Part shown: one piece after another, positions 1 through 11,059 of the stretch | How positions within the stretch are numbered: the stretch's first letter is position 1 | Layout of the letters: every line of letters starts with the position of its first letter | Assembly: GCA_030390025.1 (NCBI GenBank) | Contig: CM059432.1 | Coordinates: forward strand, 68,016,001 to 68,080,000 | DNA: 64,000 nucleotides | Reading direction: 5' to 3' | Source of the DNA: Squalus acanthias | Taxonomy: Eukaryota | The notes under the pieces: generated by a model | Database searches by the model: none | What the model saw: the letters and a program-made list of their open reading frames with translations, nothing else | Told to the model about the DNA's origin: nothing | Translations under genes and position numbers: made by a program

Positions 1-436
1 AAAAAACTAATACATTTGTCAAACACGATTTCCCTTTCATAAAACCATGATGACTCTGCCTAATCATATTATGATTTTCTAAGTGCCCTTCCTTAATAAT
101 GGATTCCAGCATTTTCGCGATGACTGATATCAGGCTAACTGGCCTGTTGTTCCCTGTTTTCTCTCTCCCTCCTTTCTTAAATAATGGGGTTACATTTGCT
201 ACTTTCCAATCCATTGGGACCTTTCCAGAATCCAGGGAATTTTGGAAGATCACAACCAATGCATCCACTATCTCTGCAGCTGCCTCTTTTAGAACCCTAG
301 GATGTAGTCCATCAGGTCCAGGGGATTTGTCGGCTTTTAGTCCCATTAGTTTTCCAAGTACTTTTTCTCTGCTGATATTAATTACTTTAAGTTCCTCACT
401 CTCATTAGCCCCTTGGTTCCCTGCTATTTTTGGTAT

Positions 437-2746
437 GGATTTGCAGGATCTTGTGGAGGCAGCGTTGGTGGTGTAAGGTTTTCAAAATTTGCAGATCCCC
501 AAAACCTAAGGAAAAAGGACTTTGGAACTACCTCAGAGTGATAAAAATGCATTTGGGCCTAACCTAAGAGACTGTAAGACCAAAAACCAAGTTTCGGCAT
601 TTTAAAAGCATGTCTGGGCCTGTAAAGGGAGAAAAGGCTGTGAAGGAAGTTGGGCTCGACCTCTGCAAAAGCAGTTTTGGTTATTGCAGTTAATTGCATT
701 GTCTGGGGAATTGGGATGACCTCACTCAAGCCCCAGCAAGCATTAACATTTTGACAATAGACCCTAGGAGGAGACAGTCCCACCCAAAACAACAGGTCCC
801 ATCAAACCGATTACAGAACCCATTAAAGACATGCATAAAGCAAACATTCGATCGAAGTCCTAGGCCCAGTCAAGAAACCCAAAACATGAGGACAATTCAA
901 ACTCTGATTAAACAACAGATCGACAGGATGGAACTATCCTGAAACCACTTCACACATTTACAAAACCAGTTAACACGCTAGTAAAGTCGTTACTGTTAAC
1001 GAGGTCTTACAATGACCGGGATTTGATTTGGTTTTGATAAGACCACTTCAATTTAGTATAATTGAAGGCCCATCAAGCAGTTCAGGAGTAACAACAGTTC
1101 AAGTTCAACAGAAGGCAGTTCTGCAGTTTTGGGGTTCAATTTGAAAGCCTGTTTTTCAGCAGAAGTCAGTGCTGGAATTATAGAGTTCAGGAGAAGCAAG
1201 TTGGGCAGTTAAAGAAGACAGTTCAGTAAGAAGGGAGTTCTCCAGTAAAACAGTTCAAGTTCAACAAGCAGGCAGAAGGCAGTTTCCACAGTTCTGCAAG
1301 AAGGCAGTTCCACAGCTCGGAAGAAGACAGTTCAAACAGAAAGCAGTTCAACAAAGAAGGCCAACAGCTCCAGAAGTAGGCCGACATGCAAGAAGAGACC
1401 AGAGCGACCGCCTCAGTGACCATCAGACACCTCGCGGCAACAAGGGCCTTACGAAACCTTTTACTCAAAAGACTCTAAACCCTAACTCTCAACTGTCAAG
1501 GATTCATTTGGTGAGCATTATCCCTGGTTCTCCAGAGTCCAACCTAGCTAGTGAAGTGGGATTGGGAGGGGTGAAGTATTCTTCCAATGTTATTTCCCTC
1601 GCGTGTACCGAAGTGTTCCCCACCTTTAGAGTGTTAAGAGTGTTTGTGTTGTGTTTTACTTTCTTGAATAAAGATCAAAATTCTTTCATCAAAACCTGTT
1701 GTCTACTGCACCTTTGTTCACGACCCCCAAATAAGTCCAAGGTCGAGAACCAGGGGCGTGGGAACGATTCGAACCGCTCACTGAGTCAGAGGTGAAGCTG
1801 ACCCTACCACACCACCCCCTACAGTGGTACCTCTCCAGTGCTTTGAGGTGCTTGCTGTACATGGTCCATGTCTCTGAACCATACAGGAGGGCGGGTATCA
1901 CTACTGCTCTGTAGACCATGAGCTTGGTGCTGGGTTTGAGGTCCTGGTCTTCAAACACACTCTTCCTCAGGCGACCGAAGGTTGCGCTGGCACACTGAAG
2001 GCGGTGTTGGACTTCATCATCGACGTCTGCCCTTGTTGAGAGTAGGCTCCCGAGGTATGGAAAGCGGTCCACGTTGTTGAAGGTCTCGTCATGGATTTTG
2101 ATAATCGGGGAGCAGTACTGTGTGGCGGGGCAAGTTGGTAGAGGACCTTTGTCTTACGGATGTTTAGTGTAAGGCCCATGCTCTCGTACGCTTCAGTGAA
2201 GGTGTTGACGATGGTTTGGCAGGATAGGCGCACCAACGTCAGTGTTCTCGCTCAGGCCAACATCCCCAGCATCGAAGCTTTGACCACGCTCGATCAGCTC
2301 TGATGGACGGGTCACATCATCCGCATGCCCGATACGAGACTCCCAAAACACGTGCTCTACTCAGAGCTCCGACCCGGCAAGAGAGCCCCAGGTGGGCAGA
2401 GGAATCGCTTCAAGGACACCCTCAAATCCTCCTTGAAAAAGTGCAACATCCCCACCGACACCTGGGAATCCCTGGCGCAAGACCGCACAAAGTGGAGGAG
2501 AAGCATTCGGGAAGGCGCTGAACACCTCGAGTCTCTTTGCCAGGAGCAAGCGGAAGCCAAACGCAAACAGCGGAAGGAGCGCATGTCAACCCAAGCACCC
2601 CACCCACCCGCCCCTTCAACCACCGTCTGCCCCACCTGTGACAGAGACTGTAGGTCCCGCATTGGACTCATCAGTCACCTGAGAACTCATTTTTAGTGTG
2701 GAAGCAAGTCATCCTCGGTTCCGAGGGACTGCCTAAGAAGAAGAAG
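437..2746. mobile_element. 5'-truncated RTE LINE with 5' inversion (437-~2216 on -, ~2217-2746 on +)
   Basis: RTE C-terminal peptides 'FPYLGSLLS...LLYGSETW' (-) and 'MPDTRLPK...CPTCDRDCRSRIGLISHLRTH' (+). (AAG)n tail. 11-bp TSD with one mismatch at 426-436 and 2747-2757. Confidence 0.9.
472..1823 (+). mobile_element. Solo LTR, 1352 bp, inserted in the RTE
   Basis: TGTAAG...CCTACA termini, 4-bp TSD GTGG (468-471, 1824-1827), AATAAA near 1667. Removing it restores the RTE. Its ends are homologous to 21367-22785. Confidence 0.9.
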
Positions 2747-2984
2747 ATTTTTGCTATACATTTTGTGTCTTCTACTGTGAAGACAGATCAAAAATATTTA
2801 TTTAAGGTCACTGCCATTTCCTTGCTCCCCAATATAATTTCTCCTGTCTCAGCCTCTAAGGGACCAACGCTTGCTTTTGCTACTCTCTTCCTTCTCACAT
2901 ACTTGTAGAAGCTCTTACAATCTGTTCTTATATTTCTTGCTAATCTACTCTCATATTCCATTTTCTCCTTTTTGATCAATTAAT

Positions 2985-3380
2985 GTCTGGATGGATCCTG
3001 GACTACCTCTTGCAGCAGAGGTTGATGACACTGATTTAATTTTCCAGAACAACAGCTGAGCACTGTTACAATGAGGTCCATAATACTACCAGAATAATAA
3101 TTGAGAAAGCATTCTGAAGGAACACATCAGGTGCCTCAATCAATCAGGAAGAGCATCGCAGTATAGTTCTATCAGGGTGTCTAAGATCATGGTGGTGTGC
3201 TCCATGATGCACGATATATAAAAGAGGACTCCTCATGCATACCCTAGAGGTAGAATAGGAAAGAGCATGAGGGCAGTAGTGTGACCAGGCAGATGAAGGC
3301 CTGCTGCAGGAAGAGGTTTTAGATGGCAACTTTTTGCCAGCTGTATGACAGCTAATGCAGGACATCTTTCTAAATGCTAG
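2985..3380 (+). pseudogene. Decayed Harbinger transposase C-terminal fragment
   Basis: Manual translation gives 'YNEVHNTTRIIIEKAF' and 'RCLNQSGRASQYSSIRVSKIMVVCSMMHD', collinear with 'YNESHQATRNIIERTIG...[29 protein letters not shown]' in ORF 59721..60233. Confidence 0.75.
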
Positions 3381-3704
3381 CTCAGCTCCTGGCAAGAGCA
3401 GTCCTAACTCCATATTCCCCTTTCCAAATACAATAATTGACTATCAGAAACAAATTTCCTCTCCACTATTTCTGATATATTGGCCCAGATTTTGTGGTCA
3501 GTGGTGAACGAATGCCGCCAACTGTTCATTACACTTACAATTGCCCACAGACTTTCTATGGGCTTTTGCACTGGAATTTGCTGTGATTCAAAAGCCGTTT
3601 CAGCATGGTACCCTCTACAGGGGATCTGAGACCTGTGTGAACAGGGTAAGCAACTGTGTCTTTTCTTAACCAGTCAGATTGAAGAATCGTTACTCAGGGA
3701 CACA

Positions 3705-4548
3705 GGGCAGAATTTTCATTGACCCGTGGAGGCGGGTTTGGAGGCATGTGGGGGGTTAAAATAGCAGATTCGGGGGTCCCGAACCCATCCCGCCCCCAAC
3801 CCGCCTCCATGCCAGTTCCACAGGAGGCGGGTACCCGACCTGTGCTGGGACCCGCCTCCCCGAGGCGGGAATGGGATTAGTGCTAATAAACTGCCTGTTA
3901 ACAGGTAGTTAACAGGCAGTTTTTTGCCTAATCCCTATTTTTAGCCCTGAAGTGTGGGCTTCCCGACAGGTCCAAACCACGCTGATTTAGCGAGGTGGAC
4001 CGTCGGTCTGGAGGGCTTGGAGGGGTCGAGTTGTCCGATGTGCAGGTGAGTGATGGGTGCATGAGTGCAGAGGTAAGTGTGTTTGGTGTGTGTAAAGTGT
4101 TTTAAGAACTTGTACTTACCTTAACTTTGTCCTGCAGGCTTCCTTCCTTCAGTTCTCGGGAGTCTCTCAGCTCACCGGCACAGAAAGCAGAATGGCCGCG
4201 GAGCTGTCAAAAGCTGCAGTCTCTGCTTTCTGTGCTGGATTGATTTCTAACTGAGTCTAAGTACAGGGACTCACGTTAGAAATCATATTGTCAGTGTTTG
4301 ACAGCTTCACAGAGCTGTCAAACGCTGAAATTTCATCTGTCAAAAGCTCTTGACAGATGAAATTTCAATGGCTGACGTCACCTGTATCCAAGGGACCCTT
4401 GATTGGCCAGCTAAGCCCGCTGGGCGGGCTTAACAAGGTCAATCAAGGGAAAATACAGTGGGTTGGCCACAAGTCGATGGAGGCAGGACTACAACCCAAA
4501 AAGTGGGAGTCCCGCCTCCATCACGTCCCCATTGACAAAATCCAGCCC
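3705..4548. mobile_element. Harbinger-type MITE
   Basis: TIRs GGGCAGAATTTT and AAAATCCAGCCC, 3-bp TSD ACA (3702-3704, 4549-4551), subterminal GGCGGG/CCCGCC motifs. Confidence 0.8.
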
Positions 4549-5056
4549 ACAGAGTCTGAACCAGGAAGTATAAGTTATAATTCAATGCCAAATCATGTAC
4601 AGAAAACAAAATAAAGAGAGGGAAAAAATGTGGGGTTAAGAGGCAGAGATAAAAAGGACAGAATGAAAAAGTTTTTAAAAAGTTTAAATTTATAAATTTT
4701 TCAAAATCTCCAACAATAATTAAAATCTGAAGGAATGAGACTCGATACTTGTAAAAGTTAATTTTCAGTGCTTGTGAGGTTGTTTGGTTGTAATTAAGAC
4801 TTACCACACCATTAAAAATGTACTTACACTGGAATGGGCAAGCCCTAACTTTTTCTGGTGAGTTTAGTGGGAATCTATCACATAAGAACTGCAACTTCAC
4901 GCATTCCATGTATTTCAATGCCGAGTCTCTCAGCAAGATATCAGTGTAGCTAAGCTTCTGGAGGAACAGGGCAACTCAAACAGGAACTTCTTGATTTCCA
5001 TGTTTAACTGCGCATGTGCGGTCACCGGAATATGCTGTCCAATTTAGATAGATAGA

Positions 5057-5365
5057 TAGACTTGCATTTATATAGCACCTTTCATGACCTCGGGACATCC
5101 CAAAGCGCTTTACAGTTAATAAAGTACTTTTTGAAGTGTAGTCACTGTTGTAATGTAGGAAACACAGCAGCCAATCTGCTCACAGTAAGCACCTACAAAC
5201 AGCAATGTGATAATGACCAAATAATCTGTTTTTGTGATGTTGATTGAGGGTTAAATATTGGCCAGAATACCGGGGATAACTCCCCTGCTCTTTTTTGAAA
5301 TAGTGCCATGGGATCTTTTACATCCACTTGAGACCAGACGGGGCTTCAGTTTAACGTCTCATCTG
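5057..5365 (-). mobile_element. Partial SINE with L2-type tail (DeuSINE/SacSINE1-like)
   Basis: Tail reads 'AAGCGCTTTGGGATGTCC...GCTATATAAATGCAAGTC' on -. Homologous to 9275-9676. Confidence 0.7.
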
Positions 5366-6195
5366 ATTTACACTTTAATAACAATGAGCGCTGACAGCCT
5401 CACCATTATTTCTACAGCAAAATCTGGGCCAATATTCAAGACACTTCCCAAAAAACACTGCACATATCATTGTAGTGCTACCACACTTTAATGCAAAAAG
5501 ATCATTGTGCCTTCCCACTTTTTTTTTGAAATGTTTCCCCTTGGTGCCTGCAATTGTGTGCCCTTTCATTCCTATTTTGCTGCTTCTCAGTGATCCCTCA
5601 GAGAAAGAAGGATATAAGGTGACTGGGTGCTGTTTTCCTCCAGGAACTTTTCAGGACTAAGGTGGACATGAATCTCGGAGCAGCTGAGGCCCCAGAGGAA
5701 CGTGCTGCAGTCTACATCTCATCTGCTGCTGTAAGGGCAGCCTGGCCCTGATGCTTTCTGCATATGTGCAGTCATCTAAGAAAGTTGGAAGGAGACCACA
5801 GATGTGGTACTGTCTTGAGAGGCAGCACAGAGGCCCAGCAACAGGGATCCCTGTCCAATTTCCCAGTCCTTGCATGCTCATTCTACACTGGTGGGTCCAA
5901 TCCTGCCAACTGGAATATCTATTCTCTAGTATTTTAACTTCTGGGGGTAAATTATCTGAGACCCCATGCCACCAATGGAGCCTAGGTGGCGCAGATCTCT
6001 CAATTTTCCAACCATTGATTTGTTTTTATGATCCATGCTCACAAGTGAGGCCCCATGTGTGGTGCATGTTCTTAGAAATCTCATCTAGGGTCTCTTGATT
6101 TTATACATCTTATTCAATTGAGCATTGATTTTTTTTTTCAAGAACTGGATTGAAGTATTATTGGTTGCTACTCCCTTTCATTCTCCATGATCACC

Positions 6196-6575
6196 TTTTT
6201 TTAATTTATTCATTCACAGGATGTGGGTGTCACTGGCAAGGCTGGCATTTATTGCCCATCCCTAACTGCCCGCTTGAACCGCTGCAGTCCTTGTGGTGAA
6301 GGTACTTTGTCATAATGGGCAGTTAAGAGTCAACCACATTGCTGTGGGTCTGGAGTCACATATAGGCCGGTTTCCTTCCCTAAAGGCCATTAGTGAACCA
6401 GATGGTTTTTTACGATAATCTGATAGTTCCATGGTCACCATTACAGATACGAGCTTTGTAATTCCAGATTTATTTAATTAACTGAATTTAAATTCCCCTG
6501 GTGGGATGGTGGGATTTGAACTCACATCTCCTGGATTACTAATCTAGTAACATAACCACTATGCTACCGTAGCCC
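6196..6575 (-). mobile_element. tRNA-derived SINE sharing its 3' tail with LINE family B
   Basis: On -, head GGGCTACGGTAGCATAGTGG (A box) and GAGTTCAAATCC (B box). Tail 'GGGATGGGCAATAAATG...CCCACATCC' matches 15162-15210. Confidence 0.75.
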
Positions 6576-6634
6576 ATAAGTGCATTAAAATGTGGTGGCA
6601 CTACAATGATGTGTACACCATAAAATACAAAGAA

Positions 6635-7535
6635 CTATTGAAGGTGGCAGGGCAAGTTGAGAAAGCAGTTAAAAAAGCATACGGGATCCTGGGCTTTATA
6701 AATAGAAGCATAGAGTACAAAAGCAAGGAAGTTATGATGAGCCTTTATAAAACACTGGTTCGGCCTCAACTGGAGTATTGTATCCAATTCTGAGCTTTAG
6801 GAAGGATGTGAAGGCCTTAGAGAGGATGCAGAAAAGATTTACATGAATGGTTCCAGGAATGAGGGGCTTCAGTTACGTGGATAGACTGGAGAAGCTGGGG
6901 TTGTTCTCCTTAGAGCAGAGAAGGTTGAGAGGAGATTTGATAGAGGTGTTCAAAATCATGAGGGGTCTCGACAGAATAGATAAGAGAAACTGTTCCCATT
7001 GGCGGACACAGATTTAAGGTGATTGGCAGAAGAACCAAAGGCGACATGAGGAAAAACATTTTTACGCAACGAGTGGTTATGATCTGGAATGCACTACCTT
7101 ATAGGGTGGTGGAGGCAGATTCAATCGTGGCTTTCAAAACGGAACTGGATAAGCACCTGAAGGAAAAAAAATTGCAGGGCTGCGGGGAAAGGGCGGGGGA
7201 GTGGGACTAGCTGAAGTGCTCTTGCAGCGAGCTGGCATGGGCTCGATGGGCCGAATGGCCTCTTTCTGTGCTGTAACCATTCTATGATTCTGTGATTCTA
7301 CCCAGAGAGTGGTGAGAATGTGGAACTCTCTACACAGGGAATGGTTGAAGCGAATAGCATAAGTGCATTTAAGGGGAGGCTAGATAAGCATATGAGGGAG
7401 AAGGGAATAGAGGATTATTTTGATAGAGTTTGATGAGAAAAGGTAGGAGGAGGCTTGAGTGGAGCATAAATGTTGGCATGAACTGGTTGGGCCAAATGGC
7501 CTGTTTCTGTGCTGTATATCCTATGTAATCTTATG
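6635..7535 (+). mobile_element. Two adjacent CR1 3'-end fragments (~6635-7298 and ~7299-7535)
   Basis: 'LYKTLVRPQLEYCIQF' and 'FTQRVVMIWNALP', tails gggccgaatggcct and gggccaaatggcct, (attctatg)-like terminal repeat. Confidence 0.85.
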
Positions 7536-9274
7536 TAAAATTTCAAAATACTTTCTGATTCTCTTAGTAATTACTTTCTCTTTTAATGAATATTACCATT
7601 TCAACCAAACTGTAGCCAAATTTATAATACATACGGTTAACAAAATATAGTTAGGCAAGACTTAGAAAAATGTTTGGCAGACTCATGATGAAGGTCCTCT
7701 GATGTCCATTGACCAAATTGGGTTATCTGATATGCAGTGGTCATGTGTGAGACAGCCACTGGGCTGCATCATGCATAGATTCTATTTACATTAAACAAAT
7801 GCAAGAAATTTACTGCTTCAGTTGCTGTACGATAAACACTAAACAGCAGATGGAAAGAATCTTCCACATTAGCAATTCATAGCTTCTCCAAAAATGTGTA
7901 TGCAAGTGTTAGATGCTGATCATAGCCCTAACAATCTTATCATTGGAAGGAGAAAGTATACTGTACTTGGATTCGGTTTCCATTGACCGAATTCCAGGAC
8001 AGCGGAATCTGAATGATAGAATGAAAACTGACAACTAAAGTTACTGCAGTTGCCAATGCAGGAAATCCATTTGGAATTCGGGCATCATGCGGAGTGTTTC
8101 AGTTTGTTAAGTGCCAATATGTTGCCTCTCAGGCACTGTAATAGGGGAATATGGCACCAACGATGGGAAGAACTGAGAATAGTATGGCACAGGCGCACAG
8201 GGAGACATTTTCAAAACAAAATTATGTGATTTCAGATCCTGAAAATTAAGTTTGACACTTTGCTGAGAAAATTTCAGCAAACTGAATATATGCCATAAAA
8301 TCTAGGGGCCGATAGTCATGTATTCAATAACCTTAATGAAAAAATAGACATAGGTAAAGAATAGTGACTGCCAAGAGAAAGTAACAACAGACAAATGGTT
8401 TGTGTTTATCATTGCTCTGAATGCTGGAAAAAGAACTGTAGAAGGCTAATGAAAAATGAGGACAATACCTGAATGTCAGCAGAGCAAAGGTGCGTTAATG
8501 GAATAGATCCAACAAGTGTTGGTAAGCACAGTAATGAAGGACATGAGCATGTGATTTTTAATCTCATCAGGGTGACAAATGTCAGGACTGGGAACTCGTC
8601 CCATTTCAGGCACACAGAAGGTGACACTGGTCTTCAGCGACAGTGTGAAGCATGCAATTGCGAATTGGCAGCCCGTTGTACACTGCACACAGTTCTCTTT
8701 TCCATTAAAGTCAAATGGAAAAGAAATCTGTCTGGGTGTAAAACAGGCTGCCAATTCGCTATCGCCTGTTTTGCGTTGTCACAGAGACCAATTTAATCCC
8801 CATAGTCTCAGCATCAAGCACTCCCAAGTCAGGTATAGCGTAGCCACATGCAGAGTAAAGCTCCCTCTGCTCTGTCCCAACAATGTGCCTCAACCCCAAC
8901 CACAGAAGGACAGCCCATTCAATGCCAATGTGGTGTTGTTGCCAAAACACCCATCATCTAGCCTCTCTGAAGGATGTTGGACACACAGATTTTCAGCTCC
9001 AATGTTTTCTCACAGAGCAATGGCATGGTTAGCTAAAGACAGATCCTGCTGTTTGAGCATTGCAGTGTGCACAATTTTCTGGCAGTGGATCAGTAACATT
9101 TAGTAAGCTGAATGATCGAATGCTCCTCCATCACTATGTAACTATTTGGTTGATAATCTTTAAAATTATTTGAAGTAAAATTAGAAGATAAATTTCAAGA
9201 GCCTTATTCAGATAAAATTTATATATATTTTTAAAACAGAGATGCTGACTGATACTTTTCAGAAAGTATATTGA

Positions 9275-9676
9275 AAGAAAGACTTGCATTTATATAGCTC
9301 CTTTTACAACGTCCCAAAGCATTTTACAGCAATGAAGTACTTTTGAACTGTAGTCACTGTTGTAATGTAGGAAAGGCGGCAGCCAATTTGCCCACAGACA
9401 GCAATGAGATAAATAGCCAGATAATCTGTTGTTTGAGGGATAAATATTAGCCAGGACACCAGGGATAATGCACCTGCTCTTCTTCGAGATAGTGTCTTGT
9501 GATCTTTTACTTCCGCCTGAGAGAGCAGATGGGGCTTTGGTTTAACATCTCATCCAAAAGACGGCACCTCCGACAGTGCAGCACTCGATTTTGTGCTACA
9601 AGGCTCTGGAGTGGGGCTTGAACCCACAACCTTCTGATAGAGACGAGAGTGCTACCAACTGAGCCACAGTTGACAA
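9275..9676 (-). mobile_element. tRNA-headed SINE with L2-type tail (DeuSINE/SacSINE1-like)
   Basis: On -, head 'GTGGCTCAGTTGGTAGCAC...GGGTTCAAGCCCC'. Same body and tail as 5057-5365, ending in (TCTT)n. Confidence 0.75.
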
Positions 9677-10204
9677 TGAGTAAACAGCAGTAAATATATT
9701 AAGCATACACACATAAACAGCGTTTCACCTTCCTTACTTGATTGCCTTCTTTTTTTTTAAGTTCAATTATGAATGTAATCACCTAATTATGGCCAGTCCC
9801 AGTGTTTTGTTGATAGAAAATGTAAGCATTCTAATTACTGACACCTATGAGACAGAGAGAAAGAGAGAGAGACAGATACTTACAGAAATTAATCACAAAA
9901 TACCAAATTTATGCTTGCAGAGATCTCTTAGTTACTAACCAGTACTACCATACCTGAAACACCTCTACCCAATGTTGTCAAACCCATGCCCTCCTCTCCC
10001 TTCAGTGCTCAAAGACATCAGAAATCCACCAGTAGGCCAAACTCCACAGGCGACCCCAGTTCTATCAATATGTTCCCTCTCTGCAGTCTGTTAAACTCCA
10101 GATTTCCACTCCCCAGTGATGTCAGCCCAAAGGATCCCAAAGTGCAACCCACCCTAAGTGAAGTTAAACTCAACTCTCCCCTACCCCAGTACTGCTAAAT
10201 ACTA

Positions 10205-10829
10205 GTATCCTGAAATTCAGTTTGGGCAGAGGCATAAGTGAAGCAGATAGTGGAGTCAGGGAACCAGAAATGGGATGGAACCCGGTTCTGCAGGGAATCT
10301 GCCCCATTTGCGCCCTTGTGAGAAACTCTGGTGGTTGACTGAATCTTCTGTCCACCTAGCCTAGGTTAAAGGGGCATACTGTTCCTGAGCTATTTTGAGA
10401 ATTCCATCTATTACGCTCTCAGTAGACTTTAATGAAATTCACCAGCTAAAAGTTGGCAAGAGTTCTGTGGAAACCCTAAAAATGGTGCCAAAAGTCTTCC
10501 AGACAAAGATAAGTGAACCTGGAGAGGATCAGTTAGTGTTGTTTCACTGGCAATTAGCCCCTTTAGTGCCGAACGACTGCATAAACTCACCTTTGTCCTT
10601 GGTCTAGGAAGAATCTAGGGGCATTTCATGCAAAGCAACTGTGGGTCTTGCTGCCTTACAAGGGTGTATTGGAGCAGGCATCATGGCTGTCCCCTTGCAG
10701 GCACTGACATCCACCCCAACAATGTCAAAGACCCTATCCCGACAACTTGGGAAGGGGTCTACGTCTTCAGGCATCAGCAGATTTACCGCCACTCCATTAA
10801 CAGAGCGGGGCAATTGGAATTTCAGCCCC
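10205..10829. mobile_element. Degenerate Harbinger-type MITE
   Basis: CTGAAATTC near 10210 and GAATTTCAGCCCC near 10817-10829, resembling other termini in this window. No TSD confirmed. Confidence 0.4.
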
Positions 10830-11059
10830 CAAGAACTAACTTCAGTTGGTACATCTTGCTGTGTACTCACAGCTTGAAAACTGGTAAAACTTAAATATAT
10901 GGAAAGAAAGGTCACTTATTTATGGTTTTTACAGAATATTGGATAGGATCTTGGAATTCAATCCTCATAGCACCAGTAGAAATCCCAGAATATAATTTAA
11001 GAAAAATGGAATCTGACCGATTCAATCTCTGTAAATCAGCAACCTTTTCTCTCTAACCT

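Larger units (their letters stand above)
1..2980 (-). mobile_element. CR1 LINE ORF2 fragment (1-436 plus 2747-2980), split by an RTE insertion
   Basis: Reverse complement matches the CR1 ORF2 segments at 19030-19480 and 63880-64000 (ORF 2788..2979 'EYESRLARNIRTDCKSFYKYV'). The two parts join across atttttggtat/atttttgctat. Confidence 0.85.
3482..5430. mobile_element. Non-autonomous TIR element (probably Harbinger-type) hosting a second MITE and a SINE
   Basis: Inverted termini GGCCCAGATTTTG (3482) and CAAAATCTGGGCC (ends 5430). No clear TSD. Confidence 0.65.

Noticed and set aside
7680..7720. Hammerhead-like TGATGA/CTGACGA cores (also near 18770)
   Set aside because: I could not find the matching GAAA and stems in the required arrangement.
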